From a virus (taxonomy: Duplodnaviria > Caudoviricetes), in IMG/VR virus record IMGVR_UViG_3300044448_001125, positions 1 to 24,762 of that record: a stretch of DNA of 24,762 bases. One strand, given 5' to 3'. The notes below the pieces were generated by a model. That model saw only the letters and a list, made by a program, of their open reading frames with translations, ran no database searches and had not been told where the DNA came from. Both the position numbers and the translations under genes were made by a program. How positions within the stretch are numbered: the first letter of the stretch is position 1; every line of letters begins with the position of its first letter. This document shows positions 1-10,197 of this stretch, piece after piece.

Positions 1-1
1 C

Positions 2-655
2 AAAAGTAGCGTTTTGGCTTGAGTCTAATGTAAGTGCAACAGCATCAGCAGTAGCACCACTTGGAGTAGTTTCAAAAACCATTTTAGTAGGCGAAGATGA
101 ATCTGTAAAATCTGCATCAGCGTGTAATCTTATTCTTCCTATGTCGGCTATAGAAGATTCACCACCTCTAAATAGTATAGCACCTATTGCATCATTATCA
201 GCTACAGTTGTATCAACTCTTTCTAATTGTATAAAAGCATCTGTTGAACTTGCAATGTGTAGCATTTGTGTTGGACTTTCAGCACCTATTCCCAACCGAC
301 CTATCTGGTCAACAACAACATAAGCATCCGCTTGATTTCTTGCAGAAATATAAAGTTTATCTGTGGAGTTGTTTTCTCCATACATAATCCTTGCCGCACC
401 ATCTCCACCTCTCATTCTCAATATGGCACTTCCAGATGCGTTTGTATTCTCAATTAATAAACCAGCATTAGTATCTGTCGCTGGGTTTGTAACAGCATCT
501 GCTCTAGTAATTGACATACTACCAGTTAATACTTCATCGTATGCAAGAGAACCGCCACCTTGAACAGTTAAGTCTCCAGATATAGTTACATCACCAGAAA
601 TCGTACCTCCAGCGCTTAAATTTTTTGCTGTATTATTAGTTATCGAACGAAACAT
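2..655 (-). CDS. Tail fibre/spike-like protein, N-terminal part (runs off the left edge; not in ORF track)
   Basis: ATG at 655 preceded by GAGGTG, 1 nt after the upstream TAA. The frame is open to the edge: MFRSITNNTAKNLSAGGTISGDVTISGDLTVQGGG...GRLGIGAESPTQMLHIASS...ALTLDSSQNATF. GTISGDVTISGDL and GxxGIGxxSPxxxLHI motifs are typical of phage fibres. Confidence 0.8.
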   Translation of the reverse strand, partial: MFRSITNNTAKNLSAGGTISGDVTISGDLTVQGGGSLAYDEVLTGSMSITRADAVTNPATDTNAGLLIENTNASGSAILRMRGGDGAARIMYGENNSTDKLYISARNQADAYVVVDQIGRLGIGAESPTQMLHIASSTDAFIQLERVDTTVADNDAIGAILFRGGESSIADIGRIRLHADADFTDSSSPTKMVFETTPSGATADAVALTLDSSQNATF

Positions 656-656
656 T

Positions 657-1022
657 TTACACCTCTACTAATCTTAGGGATTTAGTTCCAACTGAAGTTA
701 CTTGTTTAAAGTGAACTGTAATTGCTGTATCTGCGCTAGCTTTTAAACCATTCGGGACACGAATGCTCATAAGTGTCTGAGCTGGTATAATTACATCGTT
801 AGCAGTAGATACTGTATCGCTTGTTAGCTGGTCAAATCTTATATAAACATCTGAATCAGAATAAATCAGGATTGAGTTTGTGCTAGCATCTAGCGTTTTA
901 GATGCATGAGCTGCGCTTGATATGTCAAGTGCGCTAGAAACGCTCCAACTAGCTGATACATCGGCATTTAGGGATTCAACCACACTTTTCTTGTGTGATT
1001 TTGATGGTAAATAATTACCCAT
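657..1022 (-). CDS. Hypothetical phage protein (121 aa), probably virion-associated
   Basis: AAGGAG RBS at 1029-1034, beta-rich pattern, and position directly upstream of the fibre gene. Confidence 0.75.
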   Translation of the reverse strand: MGNYLPSKSHKKSVVESLNADVSASWSVSSALDISSAAHASKTLDASTNSILIYSDSDVYIRFDQLTSDTVSTANDVIIPAQTLMSIRVPNGLKASADTAITVHFKQVTSVGTKSLRLVEV

Positions 1023-1043
1023 AATATTCTCCTTGTAGTTTTG

Positions 1044-1080
1044 TGCGCCTTACCGCCCAAGAATAGTTGACATGGGCGCA
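1044..1080 (-). promoter_or_regulatory. GC-rich structured element in the 5' leader of the 121-aa gene (candidate cis-regulatory RNA)
   Basis: Minus strand TGCGCCCATGTCAACTATTCTTGGGCGGTAAGGCGCA sits in an otherwise very AT-rich spacer. The 5' arm can pair with TGGGCG or with GGCGCA. Confidence 0.45.
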
Positions 1081-1119
1081 TCAATAATAAATTGTGCTAG
1101 AATATAATAATAAAGTACA

Positions 1120-4100
1120 TTATTCTTCTATATTAATTTCTTTAAACATTTCAATAAGTGCTTCTTGAGTTGAGTCCATAACAGATTCAACAGTTTTAAT
1201 ACTACCATCTTTATGTCTTCCAATTACTAATGGCCCCATATGTTTTTTACGAATATCCATAATCTTAATCTGTTTTTCTAACATTAAATCTTTATATTCT
1301 TCTGTTTCTATAAAGATTTCACCTGTTACTTTTGACTTTTTTCTTAATCTATTTTCTTTAATTGCATACTCTTTTCCCAAGGCAGACAGCTTAGCATTAG
1401 AAATTTTTACAGCTCGTTCATAACCCTCATCAGTAATCGGTTTAAATGTATATGGAAGAAATCTTGATATATCTTGACCTATAGTAGTTTCTGGCTTGCC
1501 CAGTTCAGTTTCGTCTGATAGTATATTTGCAATTGCACCTCTTGGGCCAAATGTGCTAGGTAATGACATATCCCATAAAAAGGTAAATAATGCTTTTGCT
1601 TTTTCTCCGCTAGTTGATTGAGAGTTATACAATTCAATATAGCCACCATCTTGAGTAGGTATAGTACCTGTGTGTACTGCTGATAAAGCTGTAAATATAG
1701 GTGTTACACCCATATTATTTCTTAATTGAGCTATGTCTCCATTAATTGCATTTTCTCCAAACTCAATCCAAAATTCCCAAGGCAATCCATATTCTAGGTT
1801 AGTAACTTGAACTCTTCCTTTTGAGTCTTTAAAAGGTAAAACAAGTAAGGCTTTTGAGCTAGCCATTTTATTGCCCATTGCAACTTGTAGCTCTCCGAAA
1901 CCTTCTTCGTCTATGTCTAATTTATTTAAAGAATAATTTGTACCTAGCTCTGTCAGTAGGTATGGCATTAATAAAGTCCAAGGTCTTTTATAAGCCGCCT
2001 CTGTAACAAGTGGTAATATTTTTGCTTGATAAGTTATAAATGGAACACCAAAAAAATGTTCTCTTAAACTTCTTACAACCGGACTAACCAATGAATAATC
2101 CATTACCCATTTTTGAGATTGTATTGCTGCTTCAGAGTCTGACAAACCTTTGTTTTTTCCGTCTAGATATTTTACAAATTTATAAAACTCATCTATCCTT
2201 GAATAAAATCCAGCAGTTTCACTAAATATTTTTTGTATTGATAAATTAATATTATTAGTTGTTTGAAATTCTTTTTCAACTTGACGCATTGTTTTTAATA
2301 TTGATTGTATTTCTGCTTGAGACCAAGTTCCTCCAAAAACACCATTTTTACCAGCATTAATAAAATCTGGATGATTTGTTGCCATTTTTTTTGCGGCGCT
2401 ACCCATTGTTGTAATTATTTCTCCATATCCCATACCAGAAATTGACAGTTGCCAAGGATTAGATAGTATGTTCCTCATTACAGTTGGAGGATTAAATGCA
2501 ACTTTACCAGTTTTCCACAATGCAGTTACTTTTTTTTCCGCAGAAATAAGTTTTTCTCCTAAGGTTCTATACTCAGAACCTTCTGTAATTTGAAACATAG
2601 ACACAATATCATCGTGTATTGCTTTGTTTACAAAAGTTCCAGATAAAGGCCCATATCCTTCATGTATTGGCATTTGTTTAAAGTTTTCTGGAGTTTGACC
2701 CATTGTTTCAGAGACTTCTTGTAATTTCATTTCAAGTTTATTTATATATTCTGAAATAAAAGCTTTTTGAGATTCTTCTGCTTTTGGCAACATTTGTCTA
2801 TAAACAGTAAGTTCGTGTTGCATTTGACCAATACTAAGCATCTTTCCATCTACTTCAGCTCTTGATGGCTGAAATGTAAATCTACCATCTTCTGCTAATA
2901 ATTTAAAAAAATCATATTTTGCTATATCTCCAAACTCCCTAGTTAACCCAACTGTAATTGGTAGCTCTGGAGTTCTTATTTCGCCTAGCTTAGCTCTCAT
3001 TTCAGGAGTCATTTCTTTTCTTACATTATTATAAACTCCAGACATTTTACTTCTACCACCTAACTGTGGCCCTTTGTCAAGCATATACCTTAAATATATT
3101 CTAGTTATATACTGACCTTTTAAATCATTATATGCCTCTTCAGACAATAAACCTCTTTTAACTAAGCCTTTTCCAGCAGTATCAAACAATCTTCTTGTTT
3201 TTTTGGTAATTTTTTTCAACTTAGGGTCTTTAATTGATGCAATATCTGCTTCTCCAGTAAGAACTAAATAGCTTAATATTCTGTCTCTTTCTGTATAGTT
3301 TTTATAACCAGAAACCAACTCCTCTAATCTTTTTGTAAGATTATACTGTTGTCCTAAAAACTTGTATCTAAATCCAAGATATGCGTCTCTTTGCTCTTTT
3401 GGAATATCAGCTAAAGGGTTAAATACTTTTCTTACTTCTCTAATAACATTAGTTAATCCATCTGCGCCCAAAGATTTTGTCATTGGTTTTTGTCGCATAG
3501 CAGAGTATGCTAGCGCAAGTTGTTCGTCTGTTATATTTTTACCAGTATAAAAACCATATAAAGCTTCTATTTCTTCATTTGTTAGAGGTTCCCTTGCTTC
3601 TTTAAACTTTTTTCTAGCACGTAAGTAGTCAACTACTAAGCTTATACCCGGAAAAATATCAGATTTTGCTTTTTCTAGCCCAGATAAATCATATTTATTT
3701 TCTAAAGCATCAATTAATTCTTTAGCTTGTCTTATAGAAGCTCTTTTTCTTTGTACGTCAAGGTCTTTTGATGTCTTACCTTCTGACAAGTCATTTTTTA
3801 TTTGACCCCTTAAGCTTTCAACATTTTCTTTTAGTAGAGTGTATTCAGCTTCTTTTTTAGCAGGCAGAGGGTCTTTTGTTACTTTACCTTCAGCATCTGC
3901 CCTTATTATTGCATCAATTAATTTTAGCCTACTTAATTTTTTATCATATACTCCAACTTTTTTTGCAACTCTAGATACTTCTTCATAATTATATATATCC
4001 ATTTTCATCTTGCCCTGATTGTCGTAAGCTATTTTTAAGCCATCAACAACCTTTGGTGGTTTTTGAGATTGAATATCTGGATTTTTAAAAGAGTCAAGCA

Positions 4101-5973
4101 AAGAATTAACAATATCATTTCTGTTGTTATTTTTAGAATCATAAACTCCTCTTTCTTTTGCTAGCTCAACAAGAGCATCGTACCTATAAGAAGTCTTGTC
4201 TGATTTTAAGTTTTCAATTGATTTGTCATATCTATAACTAGCAGAAGGTTCGTTAACCCCTTCTAAAAGAGCTTGAATTTTTCTTTTTGATTGTTTTCTG
4301 TTAAATTTTTGAGTTTCTTTTTTTGTTTTTTGTTTAGGAAGTTTTTCTATTTTAACAGGCTCTGTGGAAGGAACATCTCTTTCAAGATTTAGTTCTGTAG
4401 ATTGAGTTTTTTGTTCTGTTTGTTTCGGCTGTTCTATAGGTTCTATTTCTGGAGTAGGTTCTTTTTTACTTGACTCAACTTTGTCTAAAGCCATTTCTTC
4501 TTTTAATTCTTTTATATTTTCAAACAATTCCATTTGATGAGACTTGCCGACCTTTGGCTTAGTTGGGGGAGCATCAGTTTTTGTAAGTGGTTCTGGTTTA
4601 AAATCTTTAAAACCCTCATACATATTTAAAGATAATTTTAAAAATTCTGGATTTGCTTGTGCTGTTTCAAGGCTTTTTAAAATCATTTTGTTTTTAGAAG
4701 ACTTAGATATATTAGGCATAAAAGAATCTAAATACTCTCTCATGCCTTCAACCCTTGTCCCTGCTGATGTTCTATGAAAAGACATAAGCATTAAGCCACT
4801 TGCAATAGATTGAACCTGAGCTATTTCTCTAGCTTTATTTTTTTCATCATCAGTTAAAGAGTCAAAATTAGGGTCGTCTTCTGGATTTGGAGTAAGACCA
4901 TATCCTATTGCGCCAACAGTAGGATATGAAGCAATCCTAGCTAGCTTGCCAAATTCTTTCATTGCTCCTGCACCACTAAACATTGCAGCGTGCCACGAAG
5001 ATTCTGGTATTCTTTCTATTCTTTCAAGAATGCTTGATTCAACTAAATCAGAGCCTAACTGGGTATGTATGTTAAAACCATACAAATTAGCCAATGTTCC
5101 TTTTGCAATTTTTTGAGCTTTAGGAGACTTTGTTGCAACATTCTCTATTAACTTAGATAAAGGTTTTATTTTTTTTGCTAGCGTAGATGTTCCTATAACT
5201 CCTACTTGTCCAACTTTCATTGCTTGGCTAAAAGGAATTAACATACCAACAAAATTCCCAACAACATCAGCAACAGCCTCTTTTTTCCCTATTGGCGCAT
5301 CAGAAACTCTTGTTGGAGTGTATCCCATAGTTGCTGATTGCTCCAAAGCATTATACATTCTTCCTAAAAACTTATCTTCAGGAGCAACAGGTTCTGTAAA
5401 AAATTCTGGAACTTGAATGCCTAATTCTCTTCGTACTGCTGGAGCTGTAAAAACAGGACTTCCAAAAGTTAATGCTTCTGCCATTTCTCTTGAATTTTGA
5501 AACATAGAAAGCATTGGATTATTCATAACTATTTCAGGATTTGTTTCCATCAAAGTATTTACTTGTCTTTCAACATTGGTCACAGCGTCTTGATACGGGA
5601 TAGGTTCCATGCTTTGCTTTGGTAAACTCATTCTATCTTGAACATTTTTTGCAATTTCTGAAGAAAGCAAGGACTCTGCATCAGAATCACCTAATGACTG
5701 ATTAGAATCTGTTATATCATCAGATGTTGGGTGAACAGGATTGTCAAGAGTGTCTGTTGTAGCTGGTTGCATCCACGCTGGAGGAATATCGGCAGGTGCG
5801 TCAGAAGGTAAATCATCAATCTTTATTTCTTCTACCTTTTCTTCTTCAGGAAATAAATCAGAAATAGAAAATTGATTTGACAAACTTGTGTTTGTATCTA
5901 CTATTTCTGGAGAAATAGAATCTTTTTCTTCAGGGAATAAATCAGAAATAGAAAATTGATTTGGGCTAGCCAA
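1120..5973 (-). CDS. Large internal virion / DNA ejection protein (1617 aa)
   Basis: TTG start with AGGTGA RBS. Last and largest of four helical ORFs after the tail genes, the position of T7 gp16-like ejection proteins. Low-complexity acidic N-terminus and helical C-terminal part (WKTGKVAFNPPTVMRNILSN). Confidence 0.7.
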   Translation of the reverse strand: MASPNQFSISDLFPEEKDSISPEIVDTNTSLSNQFSISDLFPEEEKVEEIKIDDLPSDAPADIPPAWMQPATTDTLDNPVHPTSDDITDSNQSLGDSDAESLLSSEIAKNVQDRMSLPKQSMEPIPYQDAVTNVERQVNTLMETNPEIVMNNPMLSMFQNSREMAEALTFGSPVFTAPAVRRELGIQVPEFFTEPVAPEDKFLGRMYNALEQSATMGYTPTRVSDAPIGKKEAVADVVGNFVGMLIPFSQAMKVGQVGVIGTSTLAKKIKPLSKLIENVATKSPKAQKIAKGTLANLYGFNIHTQLGSDLVESSILERIERIPESSWHAAMFSGAGAMKEFGKLARIASYPTVGAIGYGLTPNPEDDPNFDSLTDDEKNKAREIAQVQSIASGLMLMSFHRTSAGTRVEGMREYLDSFMPNISKSSKNKMILKSLETAQANPEFLKLSLNMYEGFKDFKPEPLTKTDAPPTKPKVGKSHQMELFENIKELKEEMALDKVESSKKEPTPEIEPIEQPKQTEQKTQSTELNLERDVPSTEPVKIEKLPKQKTKKETQKFNRKQSKRKIQALLEGVNEPSASYRYDKSIENLKSDKTSYRYDALVELAKERGVYDSKNNNRNDIVNSLLDSFKNPDIQSQKPPKVVDGLKIAYDNQGKMKMDIYNYEEVSRVAKKVGVYDKKLSRLKLIDAIIRADAEGKVTKDPLPAKKEAEYTLLKENVESLRGQIKNDLSEGKTSKDLDVQRKRASIRQAKELIDALENKYDLSGLEKAKSDIFPGISLVVDYLRARKKFKEAREPLTNEEIEALYGFYTGKNITDEQLALAYSAMRQKPMTKSLGADGLTNVIREVRKVFNPLADIPKEQRDAYLGFRYKFLGQQYNLTKRLEELVSGYKNYTERDRILSYLVLTGEADIASIKDPKLKKITKKTRRLFDTAGKGLVKRGLLSEEAYNDLKGQYITRIYLRYMLDKGPQLGGRSKMSGVYNNVRKEMTPEMRAKLGEIRTPELPITVGLTREFGDIAKYDFFKLLAEDGRFTFQPSRAEVDGKMLSIGQMQHELTVYRQMLPKAEESQKAFISEYINKLEMKLQEVSETMGQTPENFKQMPIHEGYGPLSGTFVNKAIHDDIVSMFQITEGSEYRTLGEKLISAEKKVTALWKTGKVAFNPPTVMRNILSNPWQLSISGMGYGEIITTMGSAAKKMATNHPDFINAGKNGVFGGTWSQAEIQSILKTMRQVEKEFQTTNNINLSIQKIFSETAGFYSRIDEFYKFVKYLDGKNKGLSDSEAAIQSQKWVMDYSLVSPVVRSLREHFFGVPFITYQAKILPLVTEAAYKRPWTLLMPYLLTELGTNYSLNKLDIDEEGFGELQVAMGNKMASSKALLVLPFKDSKGRVQVTNLEYGLPWEFWIEFGENAINGDIAQLRNNMGVTPIFTALSAVHTGTIPTQDGGYIELYNSQSTSGEKAKALFTFLWDMSLPSTFGPRGAIANILSDETELGKPETTIGQDISRFLPYTFKPITDEGYERAVKISNAKLSALGKEYAIKENRLRKKSKVTGEIFIETEEYKDLMLEKQIKIMDIRKKHMGPLVIGRHKDGSIKTVESVMDSTQEALIEMFKEINIEE
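5842..5963. repeat. 38-bp direct repeat (5842-5879 and 5926-5963), 37/38 identical
   Basis: ttcttcaggRaataaatcagaaatagaaaattgatttg occurs twice, 84 bp apart, and encodes NQFSISDLFPEE twice. Confidence 0.95.
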
Positions 5974-5975
5974 TT

Positions 5976-7229
5976 TTATTCACCTAAGTTTACATTTCTA
6001 AAGTTAGACATCATTTTTGAAAACTCAGATTCACTGCCAAATGCAGTTGTATGTAAATAAAACTTAGGAAGAGTCCCTGATGATACGCTTCTAGCAAAAG
6101 CTTGTTCTGCTGCGTCAATAATTTGTTCATTTGTTTTTCCTTGCAATGCTTCTCCAAATTGCATTTTAAAATCTTCTATGCTAGTAAATATTGGAACATT
6201 TCCTTGAAACATATTGTCTATTAATGTTTTTTCTTTTTCTAGCATATCTTGATAGCCGGGCCATTTTTTACCCATTTTAAAGTTTGTATCATCTGCATAT
6301 TTAGCATAAACAGGTTTTAAAGTTTTATTTATTAAATTTTTAAAAGCATTTCTTGTTTTTTTCTCTGTTTTTTCATTTCTATCATCTCGTTGCAAAGCAA
6401 AATTAGACCATTCAGTATTTAAAATAGGATTTCCTGTATCAAGCCAAAAATAATCTTCTTTTTGATTACCATCTTTATCTATAAAGGTTCTTACATCAAA
6501 TTCTCTAGTTTCACCATCAGGATAATACGCTGTTGTTAAGTTTTTAGGGCCTTTTGCAGTCTGTGAACGTGGTCTTTGTTTAGTCAAGTTTGCAAATATA
6601 GCAGGGTCTACTGGCTGTTGTGTATCTGCCGTAAAATATTGACCACCTCTTTTTTGCAATAAAATAGATTCGCCTACTTTTCCACCCGGAATTTGTTCAT
6701 TGTACATATCACCAAATTTTCTTTTATGTTCTTTTTCCTCTTCAAAAGTATCAAAGTATTTAAAAGTGCTGTCAATTGTTTGTCCAGTTTTTGGGTCTAA
6801 TGTTCTTCTTTCTAACCTAGCTTTAAATTCACCAGTTGGATATTTAGGTCTCACTCCTCCATCAAAGTCTACCATTGTGCCAGTATTTGGGTCATACACT
6901 TCATTAGGATTATTTTCGGTACTCATTAACATATATTTTACATTTGGATTTTCAGTATTTCCAGTTTTATAAAAAAACTCTTCAGTAGTAAATCCTTGGC
7001 TACCTGTTTTTGGTGGTTTTTCAACATCTGGAAAAACTCTTTGACCAAAATCATCTTTTCTTTTATCGGCATAATATAAATAACCATCTGCCCCCTGACG
7101 AATCATTGGCTTGTCTTGTTTTTGGGCAACTTCAAAGTATCGTTCTCGTTCTTTTGACTGATTTGTTAAATATGTATCAAGTAAATCAGTAAGCATATTT
7201 GCATTAAATGTTGGGTCTCTATATGCCAT
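5976..7229 (-). CDS. Hypothetical protein (417 aa), probable internal virion protein
   Basis: AGGAG RBS and long hydrophilic ORF inside the ejection-protein cluster. Function is inferred from position only. Confidence 0.6.
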   Translation of the reverse strand: MAYRDPTFNANMLTDLLDTYLTNQSKERERYFEVAQKQDKPMIRQGADGYLYYADKRKDDFGQRVFPDVEKPPKTGSQGFTTEEFFYKTGNTENPNVKYMLMSTENNPNEVYDPNTGTMVDFDGGVRPKYPTGEFKARLERRTLDPKTGQTIDSTFKYFDTFEEEKEHKRKFGDMYNEQIPGGKVGESILLQKRGGQYFTADTQQPVDPAIFANLTKQRPRSQTAKGPKNLTTAYYPDGETREFDVRTFIDKDGNQKEDYFWLDTGNPILNTEWSNFALQRDDRNEKTEKKTRNAFKNLINKTLKPVYAKYADDTNFKMGKKWPGYQDMLEKEKTLIDNMFQGNVPIFTSIEDFKMQFGEALQGKTNEQIIDAAEQAFARSVSSGTLPKFYLHTTAFGSESEFSKMMSNFRNVNLGE

Positions 7230-7238
7230 TATATTCTC

Positions 7239-7703
7239 CTAGCTGTAATCCTGTCTTTGTAATTGTAAATTCCTAATTATATCATCTAATTGAAAGAGTT
7301 CTTTTTGTTCTTGTTCTCCTAGATTTAAATTTCTTAACTCAGTTTGATATTGATAGTCTGTTAAAAATTTATTTCTATCTTTTTCAATTTTTCTTTCAGC
7401 CATAATAGCATTTCTATTAATAACAGTTGGAAGATTTGTTTTTGCAGCTACTTCTTCTGATTCGCTTTTTATATTATAAGACTTATCTAAAAAATCTTCT
7501 AAAGAACTTAACATTTCACCTTCAGCTCTATCATCTTCTAACGCTCTTAAATCTGAATAAAAACTTGTTATGTCTTCTCTTCTATTTTCTAAATCCCCTA
7601 AAAACCCACCTATTGAAGCAGAAGCCTTTCTAGCTTGTTTAGAACCAGATGTTTCTCCAAATATTCCCCATTTTCCTGATTTTGGATGCCATTTAGTAGC
7701 CAT
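7239..7703 (-). CDS. Hypothetical protein (154 aa), probable small internal virion protein
   Basis: AAGGAG RBS, Gly-containing N-terminus followed by a charged coiled-coil-like region. Confidence 0.6.
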   Translation of the reverse strand: MATKWHPKSGKWGIFGETSGSKQARKASASIGGFLGDLENRREDITSFYSDLRALEDDRAEGEMLSSLEDFLDKSYNIKSESEEVAAKTNLPTVINRNAIMAERKIEKDRNKFLTDYQYQTELRNLNLGEQEQKELFQLDDIIRNLQLQRQDYS

Positions 7704-7705
7704 AT

Positions 7706-8758
7706 TTATCTTCTCCTTTTTGATATTAAACTTAACAAACCTAGACCCGCACCTAAAAGAGGATTTACAAGACCTGCTGCGCTAGCAAGCCCAGCAGCTC
7801 CAGCTCCCGCCCTACTAACCGCAGACAAATCTCCTCTGCCTCTAGCAATATCAGAAAGCCCTGAACCTAAGCTAGCTACGCTACCCACAGTCCCAAGAAC
7901 ATTTCCTGCTGTTCCTAGAGCAGAAGATTTTTGAGCCGCATCTTGTAATGGGTCGGTTACTCCTACTTGTTCTATTCCTAAGTTTTCTACACCAGATTCT
8001 TGAACTCTTCTTAAAGCATCAATATTTGGCTTAGGTCTTGACATAACATCTACTTGAGCCATTTGAATAGGTTGTTGTCTTGTTATTTCCCTAGCCATAG
8101 ATGGACTTGCATATTCAACTTGCGGTACTATTGGAACCCTGCCTCTATTCAACATATTTTGCAAGCCTTGATTAGAAACGTCTCCCATAGGTGGAGGAAT
8201 AATTGATTCAACCTCGACATCTGGTAGTATATCCTGTTGGGCTGATGGTACTGAACGCCTTGCGCCTGACCTTAATCCTTCTAACATAGCATCGCTTTGC
8301 ATTCTTTCTGGATTTGGTGCGCCTAAAGCAAAAGAATCATAAGCATTTCTAGTTCCGAACGATGGAGTTGTTTTTCCGAATCCTTCTCTTACATTAACCA
8401 TACCAGAATCGTCAATTCTTCGGGGTATTCCAAATGTTTCTCTCAATGTTAGTGGAGCAGATTCTCCGCTTGCTATTTTTTTAGAACCTTCTAACATATA
8501 CTGACCGGCAGTTCTAGGGTCTAGTAAAAACTCTCCAAATGTTAAATCTGGTTTAAATCTTTTAGCTAAAAGAAATTCACGTCTTGTTTTAATAGTATTT
8601 AAACCTGTTTTTCCGCCTTTTTTAATATTTTCTGCTCTTTGCTTATCTTCTTGCTGTGCTAGCATCATATCTCTTCTAAGCTTTTTTAATAAAAAGTTAG
8701 CATCAGAAACATCTTGACTAACAGTTCTTTCTTTAATTAAATCTTGTATTGTTGCCAT
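7706..8758 (-). CDS. Hypothetical protein (350 aa), probable ejection/pilot protein with a Gly/Ala-rich hydrophobic C-terminus
   Basis: GAGGT RBS. The C-terminus AGAGAAGLASAAGLVNPLLGAGLGLLSLISKRRR resembles membrane-inserting segments of podovirus ejection proteins. Confidence 0.6.
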   Translation of the reverse strand: MATIQDLIKERTVSQDVSDANFLLKKLRRDMMLAQQEDKQRAENIKKGGKTGLNTIKTRREFLLAKRFKPDLTFGEFLLDPRTAGQYMLEGSKKIASGESAPLTLRETFGIPRRIDDSGMVNVREGFGKTTPSFGTRNAYDSFALGAPNPERMQSDAMLEGLRSGARRSVPSAQQDILPDVEVESIIPPPMGDVSNQGLQNMLNRGRVPIVPQVEYASPSMAREITRQQPIQMAQVDVMSRPKPNIDALRRVQESGVENLGIEQVGVTDPLQDAAQKSSALGTAGNVLGTVGSVASLGSGLSDIARGRGDLSAVSRAGAGAAGLASAAGLVNPLLGAGLGLLSLISKRRR

Positions 8759-8769
8759 ATTATACCTCT

Positions 8770-10197
8770 TTAAAAGTCATCTTTACTTTGCAATCTTAAT
8801 GCAGAAGCTTTTAATGTTGTTATTAAATTAGATGCTCCACCAGAATGATTATTTGTAAATACAATTCCAGCACCGCTTGTCCATGCTAAAGAACCACCGG
8901 CGCTTGTTGCTAATTCTTCTGTAACTAATTGAGTGGTAAGAGCTGTACTTGATACCCCAAAACATATATAAGATTGCATACAATCATTAGCTGCTCCATG
9001 ATGCCATACAATTGTAACTAACCATACTGTTCCTAATCCGTTATCATCGTTTGAAGCAGAAACAATTGTTTCTGAGCTACCAACGCCAATATTTGAAAAC
9101 GATGCTTTATATGTTTGCGCCCTCACTAAATGATTTGTATTTATTGCTTCAAATTCAGTATGCCCACTTTCAGGAGTGCCACCAAAAGGAGAAGTTATTG
9201 TATCTAAATTTGTTGTAATTTGAGAACCCGTTGGTCTGTACAATTGCACTATTTCTGATATTCCATGTATTTTTGTTCTTTTAATAGTGTCTCCTGTTGG
9301 AGTAATACTAGAACTATTACCTGCTAAATCAATATGTTCTGTAGCTCTTATTTGAATATTATTTGCTAATCCACTATTTGGGTTTTCTGCTCTTATTAAA
9401 ATACCATCTTCACTTCTAATATCAACACCATCTCCACCTCCTTTAGCAGCTCTTCCATCACATTCAATAAATATACTATTTTCAACAGAGGCAGTTCCTC
9501 CAGAATCTGTTTTTAAATGTATTCCTCTAAATGAAGATGCATGGTCGTTGTCATTAAAAAGCAGTATTGTTTTAGCTGTGCTAGCTCCATTTGTTTCAAT
9601 AGTTAAATTATCAACAGATGTTAAAGTCCATGTTCCTGTACTTCGATAGTCTGTGTTTCCAGTTATGCCCCAATTACAATCTCCTCCAACATTTAATTCG
9701 TAATCTGATGTTATGTCTACATCTAGTTTTTGATTGCTTACTATATCTATATCATTTGAACCAGTCGTAGTCAAAGTAATAGGGTTTGCTCCACTTACAG
9801 CAAATGCTCCATCTGTAGTATTTACTGTTACTTGGTCTAATGTAGTATGACCATCAACATCTAAATCGTCACCTATTGATACATCATCTCCAACTGTTAA
9901 ATCATTAACTCCAGTTATATTATTTCCACCAAAAGATTGACTTCCTCTATATGTAACACTTCCATCGGATTTTATAAAATCATCTGTTGGTATTGATGTA
10001 GAAATTTCATCCTTAATTAATTGATTAAGTTTTTTATCTGCTATTGCAGGCGTAGACAAAGGTTGCATTTTAGTTGAATGCAATTGATTATTGTATCTTA
10101 CATACAACACAAGGCCCACTCCTTGAATATATCTGTATATAGATTCACCTTCTTTAACCTCTTTAACAGTTGGTATGCCATTCTTAATTCTTGCCAT
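8770..10197 (-). CDS. Tail-associated fibre-like protein (475 aa)
   Basis: Start coupled by a TAATG overlap. Gly/Ser/Thr/Asp-rich beta repeats (DLTVGDDVSIGDDLDVDG). Confidence 0.6.
   Translation of the reverse strand: MARIKNGIPTVKEVKEGESIYRYIQGVGLVLYVRYNNQLHSTKMQPLSTPAIADKKLNQLIKDEISTSIPTDDFIKSDGSVTYRGSQSFGGNNITGVNDLTVGDDVSIGDDLDVDGHTTLDQVTVNTTDGAFAVSGANPITLTTTGSNDIDIVSNQKLDVDITSDYELNVGGDCNWGITGNTDYRSTGTWTLTSVDNLTIETNGASTAKTILLFNDNDHASSFRGIHLKTDSGGTASVENSIFIECDGRAAKGGGDGVDIRSEDGILIRAENPNSGLANNIQIRATEHIDLAGNSSSITPTGDTIKRTKIHGISEIVQLYRPTGSQITTNLDTITSPFGGTPESGHTEFEAINTNHLVRAQTYKASFSNIGVGSSETIVSASNDDNGLGTVWLVTIVWHHGAANDCMQSYICFGVSSTALTTQLVTEELATSAGGSLAWTSGAGIVFTNNHSGGASNLITTLKASALRLQSKDDF

Noticed and set aside
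1044-1080. Known riboswitch or hammerhead ribozyme
   Set aside because: No CUGANGA/GAAA core and no convincing match to SAM-II/V or other aptamers I know. Kept only as an unassigned candidate.
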